A stretch of DNA of 64,000 nt from Octopus bimaculoides (GCF_001194135.2 NC_068992.1:67632603-67696602), one strand, 5' to 3'. Positions 14,111-27,065 are shown, counted from the stretch's first letter. Notes: generated by a model not told the origin, from the sequence alone. Made by a program: numbers and translations.

Positions 14111-14344
14111 GTTACACAAAAAGTGGAGAAACAAAACAACCCCCAAATACACAATCTTTACCTTTACACAGTGAAATAAACTCCAATCAGCAAGCCAGAA
14201 ACTAAAGCCTTACACATTCAATAGATAAAGGACTGTACAGGCAATTGAAAACGAATGAAACTGAACATAGATGGATAAAGAAAAGAATGCGTGGAGATTT
14301 TTCATAGAGATGTTGAAAATAAGAGACACAGAGAAAAAAGACGG

Positions 14345-14740
14345 CTAAGGATGGCTTGACCCTAACCAGTTGAGCATGTCTCTTGGTCGCTGACTATACG
14401 TCGATCTCTGATCACGTGTATGAATAGCGGAGGAGGATGGCAGCTATGTGTTGAGATCAATTCTTTAGTGTTCTCTTGAAACATGCGTATTTCGTTAAAC
14501 ATCCTTAAACAACCCTTATTCAGATAACGTTTGAGGGGGATGGGCTCATCCCGAAGAAAATCCTAATTGAGCCTCCACCTGCAAAGTCAGGAGTTGTTTA
14601 TCTTGATATGAGATCATCATGTCGCGCACGTATCGTTGTGATGCATGAGCCTGGTGTAACCTTCACAGACAGGTAGACATGATGGCTATATCGGGCCTCG
14701 TATGTTTCTTCCACAGTGTTACTTTGATGGCTTTGTTGCT
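14345..14740 (+). repeat. Interspersed repeat of uncertain class (LINE-UTR-like)
   Basis: GC-elevated block resembling a common octopus dispersed repeat. Recalled from memory; no second copy in this window. Confidence 0.4.
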
Positions 14741-16229
14741 AGGAAAACATGATTATCACAAAATACCAGGATCTAGCCATTGCGTTCCGGCATATTTGGA
14801 AAGTGCGGGTAAAATGTATTCCTGTATTTGTAAAGCGAAAATGACAACAAACATATTTGTAATGCTAACGTAGTTTCCATAGTGAAAACCATATAAACGA
14901 GGTGATTTGCACTCATACAGTTACATACGGTCATCTAGTATTCAATCGTTGTTTTCACTGACAAAGTCTGCTTGAAACATCATTTGCTGTCACGTTTTAC
15001 TATATGGGTCAGCAGTCAAATTCTTCGGTCATGATTCTAAATGGATTACAAGTGTCTGATACCGACTATGAATTTTTTTCTACTTATCTTTTGTTGGTAA
15101 CTCAATCCTGCGGTTTAATTTTATTTTCTTGAATCTTTCTCTGCCTGTCTTGTGTTAATATCTTGAATTACATATACTGTGCTCCTGTCAAATTTTCCTT
15201 CAGTTTTGATAAACCCAACATACATCTTTGACAGACGATTCCAGTAATAGGACCGCGTTCAAGTATTTACTTTTTGGCTTGTATTTCTTGTAAAATGACA
15301 TATTTTAACTACTATTATATGTCAATACGACATAACCGATAATAAATCCAATACAAATTTATATGAGTTAAAGTCCATTTAATAAATCCATTGTGCTTAT
15401 AACAGATAGAGCAATGCGATCCAAACTTATTCATTCAATTGTTTGTTCTCAAGAGAAAAAAAGAAAAACACATCTGGTTATGACTTTATTCATTTGTATT
15501 CTTGTATTTTCTCTACAGTTATATTTTGTTTTATTATCTTTGATTGTATAGCTAAATGATAGAGAGTGAGTGTTTCAAACAGTCAGAAAAGTAGAATGCG
15601 ATACAAAAAAAAATCTATTGTCGATTTCGGTAAAGATTTATGATATTTGCGTTTCTGATATCTTACTAACACTGCTTTCTTAACACAGATCCTTCTTATA
15701 TCGATGTGTCCTGATTCAATAATCTTCCTGATTGTTTGGAAAAGATTTTTATTGTTGCTGATATTCATCCATTTTACTAGTCGTCAATAGTTTACAGAAC
15801 ACAACTACATAAACAAGTAAAATAACTGAAGCTTATGCGACAAACATGGCTTTATTATATACGGAGTTTACATTGCATAGAATAATATAAAGGAATTGAC
15901 ATGCATATTAAAATGTTGGGCGAATTTTGTATGAAAGATTTAACTGACAAGGTAACTTGAATAGCTAGTTGTTATGTCAAACGAAATAATTCCAACAATA
16001 TGTTCCTGCATGAAAGTATTATTGCTTGTATTCATCAACGGAGCTCAAACTTAAACAGCTCACAGATATCTAGTATTTTATCTCTTGCCTCTTGATAAAT
16101 TCTTTTCAATATAACTTGAAATAGAAATCCCAAAGTATAAATATTATAACGTACCTATAAAGTGATATAGATCGTAAAAATAATTCGGGTAACATAAAAG
16201 ACTTTGCAAACTAGAAGAAACTTCCAATG

Positions 16230-16810
16230 CAACTGGCGATATCTGTTAACTCTTATATAAAGAGATAGCATGTTGAAGTGTCCGTATAGTGAGAGCGTCA
16301 GAGAGATCGAATGCCGTATTTGCTTTGACACTCCAATTTCGAATACTGTCAAGATAACCTTCATTCTCCCTGTCTTTGGTTCCGCCTAAATGTAAATGTA
16401 ATACTTTCATGAACAAAGACCGGTTGTAATTTTCTCTCCCAATATTACTCCTTATACATTTGCCAACTTTGGCTATACTGTGATGAGGACTACTCACCAT
16501 TCTGCGACCTTGGAGCAGACAGAAAAAAATCTTCACTCACAGAAATGAGATTCTTCAGACAGCTCCAAACAGCTATTTATACGACCAGTATTGAAGACGA
16601 TGGTAAAGATGAAAAACGGTATGGTCACAAAAAATATGCTGTGATGTATTTTGTTTCTTGGAATTACTTTCAGAGTAATTGGAATACTGCAGAAAGTGAG
16701 GTGGGAAATGAAGAACACCACATGAGGAGGGGCGGTTTCTGCCAATGTTTGCATCGAATTCTGGACGCCAGTTTCGTGATAGTTAAAATATATCGAGGAA
16801 ATCATCTCAC
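16230..16810 (+). mobile_element. Decayed RTE-like LINE, C-terminal RT region
   Basis: Remnants REIECRI, TEMRFFRQ and KRYGH resemble the RTE motifs EI..RI / EM..R / RWYGHV. Confidence 0.5.
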
Positions 16811-18861
16811 ATAAAACAAACTGTAACATGTATACCGTTTTTATTGAAATAAAGTTTAAAAAAACATATATATTTAAATCACAAGATTTATGTGGCAAAT
16901 CTATTGACAGTTTTATGTTTGTAAATATAATTCCGTCTCTGCTACACATAAAGCATTTGGGAAATATTTAAAAATATATATATGATTAGATACTACATCA
17001 CCTTCCTTGTTGTCAGTATTACTTGTAATAGTGTTTTGTAGCAGGCCGTTCCTCACACACGCTTTAACGCCAACGTCTGCAGGTACGTGCTTACAGTGGG
17101 TTTTTGTTTCTTCCAAGAATTCGGGTAACTTTCTCGTTTTCAAAACGTCTTCCCCCACTGCACATGGCTACAGCCTTCTCTATCCCTTTTTTTAATCCTT
17201 TTTTTTATCTTTTCTCTCCCGTGTTCACTTTTTAAGTCATTTTAGTTCAACCCAAATTTGGTATACTGCTAAGTACGTGTGTGTGTATGAGTGAGGACAC
17301 TTTATTGCATATTTCTCACTTTTTCTCTCTTTGACATTTGCTGACCTCGCTCAGCAACCGAAATTGCTTTCATAAACACGTGCCATTCTTCCCTGTGTAA
17401 CGATGCGACGAAAACTCAAGAACAACATTGCACCAGTTCAGGCTACATATACGTAACACATACATTCTGATCAGTGAATAAGTAATGCTAGAATAACACT
17501 GGAATAGATAAAATAAATAGGGAGATTATCAGCTGTGAATAAAACTTTGGACTGATAATTCCCAGAAATATATCGAAAGAGATAAACACAGAGACGGCAG
17601 CGAAAAATGGAACGGTCGTAATATTGTGACGATAAAAATCAGATTTAACATATATAATCAGTGTGTGTGTGTGTATATAATCAGTGTGTGTGTATACTTG
17701 ACCGATCTTTTCTTTTTTGCGATACTATACCATAACTAAACGATATACATTATAATTATCATTATAGATGTTTATTTGAAAATTGCAAAACATAATTCTT
17801 TAAATGCAAATCAAGATATGCTCAACGTGTATAGAATCTGAAATCGAACTTTTGGACTTTCATATGGATTATTCTTTTCGAAATATGGGGCATTTCAGAA
17901 TTCTTCATCTGAATACTTCCACCTTCACAAATGTGATGAGAAAGTTCTCACTTCATTTAATATATTAATATATTTCCAATACTTATACCATGTTTTTTGT
18001 TCTAACATACGTGTTATAATGTTTTGTTTCGCTAAGTATGGTTCTGATTGTTGTATAACCTGAACATGATGTTTGTTAAACAGCTCTCTGTATTACGGCA
18101 AATCATAGTATTTCTCTTTACAAAAACGCAAACTGAACATCGTCTAAAAAATAAGATGTATGAGGCTTTCAAATGTGTGTCATGTCACAATACTTGATTA
18201 ATATTCGAAACAGCTATAATGATTGGTTGGTGTCACAACAAATGATATATTACAGCTCCAGTAGAAAGGAAACAAATGAAGAAAAGTTGGTTCTGTAGGG
18301 AAAATAGAAAAGAATTTCAGAAAATATTAGTAAATACTTTTCAGATGCTAAAATGCTGGCACTTAACAATAAAAACAGCTCAGCAATTCCTTGGAAATAC
18401 ATAAGTGCATACCAACGACGACATAGTGAAATTTCAGTGAATAACCATGTAAAATATAGTGGTAGTGTAATGTAATATATGCCATTTTAATATGTATATT
18501 TTGAAACAGAATTATATTGCATGGGATATAATTAGGTAATTAACCTAACTGGTAGATTATTCACTGCATAAATCCATGTTTTGATTTTCAATCTGCACAT
18601 CTCGTTTTCGTGTTGGTGTGTTTTTAATTTTAAAATTAGCAGAGTGTTTCTTGAACATACTTTGAACAAAATGTCTCTCAAAGAATACTCACCAATACAA
18701 AAATAGCATCACTAACAACCACTTTATATATAATATCATAATGGCAATGCATTCTAGTAACTTTTATAGACAGAGGAATTTCACTGTTCCAAGCAAAACG
18801 CACATGATTGAAATGGGAACAGGAAATAGACTTAATATAAATTGTCTAAACGAAAACAGTT

Positions 18862-19040
18862 CTATATTTAAGAGATGAGGAATTATGTACATTATTTACA
18901 TTACTTACATTCGACGGATATTTGTCCACATCTTGCTTGTTGTTAACACAACGTTTCGGCTGATATACCCTCCAGCCTTCTTCAGGTGTCTTGGGGAAAT
19001 TTCGAACCTGGGTTCACATTCCTCAGATATTTTTTGATGT
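18862..19040 (-). mobile_element. Short hammerhead-bearing repeat (Penelope pLTR-like or non-autonomous)
   Basis: Carries a hammerhead core; a partial inverted copy lies at 19667-19751. Confidence 0.7.
18945..18990 (-). ncRNA. Minimal type I hammerhead ribozyme motif
   Basis: GACAC-CUGAAGA-A-GGCUG(GAGGGUAUAU)CAGCC-GAAA-CGU-U/GUGUU: stem I 5 bp, stem II 5 bp, palindromic ACGU stem III, one extra A after the core. Confidence 0.7.
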
Positions 19041-19084
19041 TGTTATTATTATTATTATTATTGTTATTATTATTATTATTATTC
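19040..19084. repeat. (ATT)n microsatellite at the LINE 3' end
   Basis: Directly visible. Confidence 0.95.
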
Positions 19085-19666
19085 AGTAGTTTTATTTTTA
19101 TACCGTGCTTTCACTTCACTACCGAGCGCAGCTCTGTGTGCCTTGGGTATGCGCTGTAATTTGCCGTGGTGCTCTTATGGTTACTGCATTGAAAGTGTTT
19201 GGCGTAGGACGCGTGCAATTTCCTGTATGTTATATATATATGTGTATGTCCAGGTGTTTTGTTATGTATTTCTCTGAATATTTTTTTCTTTTACTATACA
19301 TAAGGCGCCTACTATGATAGGAATTGTTTGTTTTTAGATTCCACATTCGAGTTACCTCTATTTCCAGGTCTTTGTATTTTGAAAGTTTCTCAATTTATTT
19401 TAGGGACACGTTGTCATCTGCTGGTATTGATACATCAATTAGAAAGCATTTTTGTTTCTTCATGATCTCTGACAACTATATCTGGCCTATTGGCCTTCAT
19501 TTCTCTATCTGTGTGTATTGGCATATCCCAGAGTATGGGTGATTTCTCGTTTTCTGTGACCTTTTCTGGCATGTGCCTATACCAGTTTTTTTTTCTGTTG
19601 TTATTCCATAGTGTTGGCATAGCTTCCAGTGTATGTAGGTCCCAGCTCTGTCGTGTCTGTGAATAT
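19085..19666 (-). mobile_element. 5'-truncated R4/Dong-like LINE 3' end
   Basis: IHRHDRAGTYIHWKLCQHYG...ILWDMPIHTDREMKANRPDIVVRD...IDVSIP...KYKDLEIEV (RLE domain), then 3' UTR ending in (AAT)n. Confidence 0.9.
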
Positions 19667-19751
19667 GGCTGCAGGGTATATCAGCCGAAGCGTTGTGTTA
19701 ACAAACAAGATGATTTCAAATCTCCGTCCAATGTAAATAATGTAAATAATA
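19667..19751 (+). mobile_element. Inverted, truncated copy of the hammerhead-bearing repeat
   Basis: ggctgcagggtatatcagccgaagcgttgtgttaacaaacaagatg matches the reverse complement of 18930-18977; the CUGAAGA core is absent. Confidence 0.8.
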
Positions 19752-22566
19752 TAAACGAAAACAGTTATGATATCCGTAATCACAAACATACACTTACACA
19801 CATATGGGGACATGCACATTTACTTGTACTCATACACACACACAGTAGTACATATATACATGCATATGCACAAATATAGGTGACTTTAGTTAGAAGTATA
19901 TAAAAATACTAGAGAAAGCGTTTGCGTATAAAGCTCGTAATGACTTGAGAAATGATGACTATACTGGTGGTCATTCCGATGATGACAATGAAAGCATGTG
20001 GACGGTAAGGGAACGACAGATGCAGCTGAAGTGATAACAAATTTTGATTACTGTGAAACAATGATTAAAAGAGTACTATACATGCATGTTAGACAACATA
20101 TAAATAATATGAAATGACCGTCAGTTAACAATTTTGTTTCTACAACTCATTTCACCACTGTCCAGTGGACTGAATATGAACATATGAGCTTTTGAGACGT
20201 ATATTAATGACAAATAGTTTGTGCTTTACTGTGAAACTGGCGGCAACTCTTGAAGTTATTCTATATATCTGTTACGCTGGCGAGCAAAATATTTGGATGC
20301 AAACAATATTAAAATATAGAGATTTCGAAAGGAAAATGCTTGCACTACTCTTAAACGTATTTCCCCTGCTTCTATCTGTTGAGAAGAGTTATAGTGCACT
20401 TATGATTTAAATATAATTAATAATCAAAACATAAAAATTGTTTTATTAATTTTTCTCTTCTGACAACGCGTTTATTATTTTGCTTATTTCTTGGGATGAT
20501 ACTTGTTGAATGTAATGTAGTTGTTTCTTTGATAATATCTCGTTTGAAGTTTGCAGATATTACTTGACATTTATCAACAATTTAGAAACATTTGCATTAT
20601 TTGATATCACATTTTATTTCGTGTATTGAGGCGTGAAGAAATAAATTATATTCCATGAATATTATATCTCTATGCCTTTTCGTTGAAGCCTTATCTACCA
20701 TGAATATCACGTGTAAATTTTATTATTTTCTCTATGATAATACTATTTTCATCTGAATTCCTACTTTGAAAGTTATTCCTGCTTAGTCATGAATCTCCTG
20801 ACATAAATAAGAACTTCAATTGCCGATATTATCTTTACACCTACCTCCCTTTAAATGTTATAGAGTTATTATTAATTTATGTATTGTAGTTCATTACGAA
20901 ATTCACAGTTTAAATTTAACAAAAATCAGCGTATCTTCTCACTCGAATTCCGTAAGAGTGGCATTGTCCTTGTTATCTTTTACCCTTCCGCAAATCATAG
21001 AAAAACTGCATGTTTTTTTTTTCTGTGATTTGCGAAAGACAAATAGAAAAGAACAATGTCAACCATCTTCGAATTCAGCGGAATTCGTGATACAAGCTAC
21101 ACTGATATTTTTCATTAAGTAACACTTATGATTTAAATATAATTAATAATCAAAACCAAATTTGAACGTTGCCATCCTTGAAAGATTTGCTCTTGTAAAT
21201 CTCTCTCTCTATATATATATATTTATAAACATACACAGACACGTACGCACACACACACCATATATATGCGTGTGTGCCAGTGCACCTAGTAATCACATAT
21301 GTTATGTCGAGCCCGCAGAATTTTAAAAAACCCGTGTGTTTCCAATTCGATTCAGTAGATGTCCCAATGTGCAGTTGTTTGCTATTCTAGCTTATATCGA
21401 TACAATGTCTTAGTAGTGTTCATACTTTCTAATACTTGAATGATATAATGTGTTTTTCATATTAAAGTGAAATTAGAATTTGTAAAGAAATGTTTTAATT
21501 CATTAAATCTGGCTTCGTTCGCTATACTTAACTAACCATAGATTTTAGTAGCAATAACATATAAAACATGTATTTATACTCCATCTGCATGTTGATGCTC
21601 CCCTATAATGAAGTAACTTCTATAAATCTACTTAAGTCATGCTTTTTAAATATTTCCGATTATAATTTGTAAATACGTCTTCGTATAATTTCAGATTGAA
21701 ACAGAATTTCCTTGCTATTGATCATAAGAGTAGCATAAAATTATGTAAGTAGACTTTTTTCCTTTTATACTTTTGATAATCATTTTCATATTGGTTATGC
21801 TTAGTAGCTAATGATCTTTTTTTTCTTTTAATGGCGATATTGATTATAATACTCATATTCTTTGAAAACAGTTTTTAACAGACATTCGTCAGACAATCGT
21901 CGGGATCACACTTGATAATCAGCACGTTTGAAATGAAGTCGGCATACATATTACTCTCAATTGACTTCATTTCAAATTGAAATTCACCACTATGTTACAT
22001 TAACGGTTCACAAGAGAATTGTACAGAAGTAAGAGACAGACATTCTTAGCAATTATGTGCCAAGACGGAAATTATTTTAAAAGGTTTTTTTTTTTTCACA
22101 TGCAATGTGATTAGCAATACAAGACGAGGATGTTTTTCTTTCAGTTCGCATTAATTACGCGGTGTACTTATATCGCACGTTTAGTAGGCGCAGTACGATT
22201 ACGGTCTGTAGGCGTAACTTTGTGCAGTTATGATTTGTAACCACGAGGTATCGGGTTCGATAACATTTTGAATTAGATGTGCTTTTCTATTGCCAGCGAG
22301 CAAGTCATACCTTGTTAGTATTAGTTCATAGACGAGAACTGTAGGTTGTGAGGTGGAGTTAACCAGTTCTTCAAACTGTACATCCTTCCAGTAAACGTGT
22401 TAACGCGGGCTCTGACCAAGGATTTTTCTAATGATCGATACGACCAAGCCACATAGTCGTTAATTTCGAACGGAATGGTGCTATTAATCGAAAAACTGAA
22501 TGTACACCGTCGAATCACAATGCCGTATGTACATTTATATGTATACGGGAATCTGGAGGAATGCAT

Positions 22567-22645
22567 ATGTGTGTGTGTGTGTGTATGTGTGTGTGTGTGT
22601 GCGTGTGTGCGTGTGTGCGTGTGCGTGTGTGCGTGNNNNNNNNNN

Positions 22646-22699
<54 letters not shown>

Positions 22700-22732
22700 G
22701 TGCGTGTGAGTGAGTGTGTGTGCGTATGTGTA
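22567..22732. repeat. (GT)n/(GC) microsatellite
   Basis: Directly visible, with a 10-N gap. Confidence 0.95.
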
Positions 22733-22825
22733 TTACATGTAAACTTAAGTGCTTGTGCGAGGTTCGCAGTGATTTAAAACCTTGATTATTTACAAGAAAT
22801 TTTGCGCACCAATTTACAATATCGT

Positions 22826-23186
22826 ACTATATATATATATATATATGTATATATATGTATATGTATATGTATATATATGTATATGTATATGTATATATNN
22901 NNNNNNNNNNNNNNNNNNNNNNNNNNNNNNNNNNNNNNNNNNNNNNNNNNNNNNNNNNNNNNNNNNNNNNNNNNNNNNNNNNNNNNNNNNNNNNNNNNNN
23001 NNNNNNNNNNNNNNNNNNNNNNNNNNNNNNNNNNNNNNNNNNNNNNNNNNNNNNNNNNNNNNNNNNNNNNNNNNNNNNNNNNNNNNNNNNNNNNNNNNNN
23101 NNNNNNNNNNNNNNNNNNNNNNNNNNNNNNNNNNNNNNNNNNNNNNNNNNNNNNNNNNNNNNNNNNNNNNNNNNNNTATATATATG

Positions 23187-23217
<31 letters not shown>

Positions 23218-23272
23218 GTATATGTATATATATGTATATGTATATATATGTATATGTATATATATGTATATG

Positions 23273-23303
<31 letters not shown>

Positions 23304-23478
23304 GTATATGTATGTATATGTATATATATGTATATGTATATATATATATATGTATGTATATATATATATATGTATATATATATATGTATATATGTATATA
23401 TATATATGTATATATATATATGTATATATATATATGTATATGTATATATATGTATATGTATATATATATATATGTATG
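22826..23478. repeat. Long compound (TA)n/(TATG)n microsatellite spanning a gap
   Basis: Directly visible; explains the YIYM-type ORFs. Confidence 0.95.
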
Positions 23479-24795
23479 TAGAGCATGAAAAACAAACTAG
23501 ACAGACAAAAAAAACACGAAAATGTCCCTTCCATTTGTAAAGTATGGAAATATTTAAAAAAGACATTCCATTCAATTTTTCCACAATTTAATTGCTTCTC
23601 ATGCTTTACTCTAAGCTGAAAAAGTCGCAAAGACTGAAATCGATGCTAAAATGATTTTTTATGATGAAATTATTTTAGCATTTTCTACCTTAATTTATTT
23701 TCTTTATACATAACAACTCGTGTGTTCCCTTTCAACCTTCTATGTATTCATACAAACACATACACACACAAATATATATGTCTACATATATACATATACA
23801 CATATATAAATATGTGTGTGTGTTTGTATTCATATGCATGTAAACATGTATGTATACGTATATACATACATGTGTGTGTGTCTGTGTGTGTATCCCTATT
23901 CCGTTCTGTGTTTGTTTCTGTCCTTGTATATCTCTATGCGCAAGGAAAGGATGTGTGTATTTATATACATGGATATGCAACAAGTTTATCGATAGTATTG
24001 AAATAATTTGAAATAAAATCCAATTTAAACGATAGTCTTTTGAATCCCAAATGACATTTAAGAACAACATGATGGAATGAAGAGTTTGCAATTCTACTTG
24101 AAAAAACTAGTAAACATATAGACTAATCTCCGAGAAAGAAATTCAACAGACATATTGGCAATCGAATGAAATTTCCAGTCATTGTAATGTAAACTAAGAA
24201 AACACAATATGAACAAAAAAATAAAACAAATGTACATCTTTCCTTCTTTAAATAACCAGGAAACGTTTCTCTCGAAAATTGTACATTGATATTTTTGATG
24301 TTTAACAATTGTGATATGTTGGAGAGAAGGGAAGCTGTTATTGGTTTGTTGACTGAAACCTTTTCAATGTGGAGCCAATGAGACTAGGTATGCGCGGCAG
24401 ACAAGTATCTGAAGCAGAAAGAAAAAATAAATAAATAATTCTGCGTTCGTCTTCTTTCTTTGTAAATAAAAGAAATGCTGCTTCATTCCTTCGAGGAAAA
24501 AGTAGAAACATTCAAATAGTGTTATGATAGTATTATGCCTTCTCATAACATATGATGCTTAGTTTCTTTTTTGTTTTTAGAGGAGGAGAGAAGTATGTCA
24601 TGTACGTATGTATACCTTTGTAGCACATCGAATAATTATATTTGTAGATATGTGTGCATCATACTAACTTGCACACAGAGCAAGGAAATATGTGTCTCCA
24701 CCAAAACATGACTATGCATTATCATATTTTGTAGACGACCCACTAATGTTATTAATTCCTGCCCTTTGTATCAAAACAACGCAGTGCAGCATGTA

Positions 24796-24840
24796 CTACT
24801 TCTACTACTACTACTACCACCATCTCCACCACAACTACTG
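24796..24840. repeat. (CTA)/(CCA) trinucleotide repeat
   Basis: Directly visible. Confidence 0.85.
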
Positions 24841-26039
24841 ATATTGTTACTGCTGGTTGTGTTATTGAATCGAACAATCTCCTCACAGTTGACCCATTTG
24901 TCATTAATATCGCAGGTTATATCCTCGCTATGTTTCTATTTTCTTTTATAAAACACAGCAATTTCGGTTTAGGTTGAGGACGACTTCCAAACCGGTACAC
25001 GACGATGTCTCATTGGCTTACAGTCCAATTAATCCCCACAATACCTTGCACACGACTGCACGACTTTAGCACTGCTTTCCAGAAACATTTTCGAACCTAA
25101 TAACTGAAATTAAACATGTTTTGAATTCGCCATGGCCATTATTGCAAGCACCAACAAAGAATGACAGAATGGTGCAACCGTCACATTCAAGAACATGCTC
25201 ACACGAAAAAAGACACACATCTACATGGATATACATGCTTATACACACACACGCACACACAAATGTATACACACACAAATGTAGGCACACATAGATCTAA
25301 AATACAATATCTTCAAACAATATTCTTATATGTAGAATATATAATCAATAGGCATTCACTTTTCCCCCGAACAGTGCAACGCCGCCACAACAACAACTAC
25401 TACTACTATTACTACTACTTGATTAGAGTGTTGTGATGCTAATGTCATTAATATAACCAGAATTGTGATGATGATTTGAAATATCAGAACGAAGTTTACA
25501 CATGAGAACAATACCAGAGTTTGAAGAAGATATGAAATTAACATAATCATGGAAGCGAAATGAAGGTGGCAAGTGATGGGATAGCAATGAAAATACGACT
25601 AATGTAGTACAGCTGTTGCTAAATAACAATCAGTTATATCGCTATTATTCTAGTCTGCATTTGAGAGCCACATGCCTTGACAACAAGCGTAAAGTAAGTG
25701 AAGTGATATAAAAGTAGGTGAGTGACCTTTCACGATAAACAGACCAAATGCCCCATCAATTAAAGCGTCATTGGTAATGCTTCTTTGTATCTTTCATATA
25801 CAGTGATATCCATGTCAGAATGAGTATGCGTGTGTGCATCCGTGGGTCTGTAGATATATGTACGAACGTGTGTGTGAGAGAGCCTCCTTTCCCATATTTC
25901 TGTTTGTATGATTGATTCTGTCTGGAATTGTAGTATTTCTTTGAGCCTCGGGTGTAGACCATTATGTCGGCGCAGACATTGATGCAATGCTTCACTCACA
26001 AAGTTAATTGAATCAATGTAATTGCATTTATCATTCTGT

Positions 26040-26152
26040 TATCACCACCTCACCATCACCACCTCCACCACTACAAACTCAACCAAACCCATGCCTCCAT
26101 CACCACCACCACCATCACGAAAATCTCCACCACCAACCATCATCATCATCAT
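26040..26152. repeat. (CAC)/(CAT) trinucleotide-rich tract
   Basis: Directly visible; produces the poly-H/poly-P ORFs. Confidence 0.85.
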
Positions 26153-26499
26153 TTGTAATTATTGTCATGATAAAATTGAGATATGTAGTCGTTATCGCCA
26201 TTACAATCATCCTCGTTATGACTGTAACAATAGTAAAGAATAGCTCTTGATGACTACCACCATGCGAAGGAGGAGGAACGCGTCATTTCAGCGTATCATA
26301 GAGCCCAGCGCGGAGTGATTGCAACCCGGTAGAAACATGCATACATTGATAGATGATAGCGGATTCCGAGAAAATGAGTTTCTCACACAGTGTGAAGCGC
26401 TAGAGAATAGCAACTGCAGGTAATAGACATCAATAATTACCTCCACAGACCATTGCTATTTTTATTTGGAACGTCCTAACCAAACAAAGGAATATACAT

Positions 26500-26530
<31 letters not shown>

Positions 26531-26669
26531 AAGAGGGATGACCAACAAAAGTGGACTATTATATGCTAGAAATAGATGCCGAATCACCTAACCACGAAAA
26601 AAATGTTCTCAGTAAAAATTCAGCGACACAACAAACTGTAAAGGGGCAAGACAAATGAAAACGATTAAC

Positions 26670-26734
26670 CTACGTACCATGGTTTCACCTGTTAAAATTT
26701 ACTTAAGTAAATATGTGCAGGATCGTCAGCGTAG
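26670..26734 (-). ncRNA. Type I hammerhead ribozyme with palindromic stem III
   Basis: CUACG-CUGACGA-UCCUG..AUUUAC(UUAA)GUAAAU..CAGGU-GAAA-CCAUGGU-A/CGUAG: all core nucleotides present, GUA cleavage triplet. Confidence 0.85.
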
Positions 26735-26789
26735 TCTGTCGATTTGCGATGTAATTTCCAGAACTAGACACATGGTGTCCAACCGAATA

Positions 26790-26850
26790 CATATATATAC
26801 ATTTGGATATGCATTAAATATGTGTATATATATATGTATATATATATATG

Positions 26851-26936
<86 letters not shown>

Positions 26937-26950
26937 TATATATATATACA
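26790..26950. repeat. (TA)n-rich microsatellite
   Basis: Directly visible. Confidence 0.95.
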
Positions 26951-26966
26951 CATCTATATGTATTAA

Positions 26967-27064
26967 ATATAAAGTATAAGAGAAATTCCCCATAACACGC
27001 TAGAAGGCAGTGAAAAAAAACGACCGAGAACCACAAAGTAAAACATTTCAAAGGGGAGAGAAAA
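26967..27064 (-). repeat. Inverted arm of the tandem unit
   Basis: Reverse complement of 27307-27401 and of the equivalent segments in units 2 and 3. Confidence 0.85.
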
Positions 27065-27065
27065 G

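Noticed and set aside
17335-17375. Hairpin UUGCUGA/UCAGCAA followed by CCGAAA
   Set aside because: The CUGANGA core is absent upstream of the stem
22782-23630. Long ORFs of 200-270 aa in several frames
   Set aside because: Translations of (TA)/(TATG) microsatellite and N gaps; the same applies to the ORFs at 7627-8485 and 49751-50676
26008-26250. Poly-His/poly-Pro ORFs suggesting a transcription factor
   Set aside because: Explained by CAC/CAT trinucleotide repeats; no domain and no splice support
26250-26440. MRRRRNASFQR, resembling a Tc1 N-terminus
   Set aside because: Too short, with no further transposase motif or TIR
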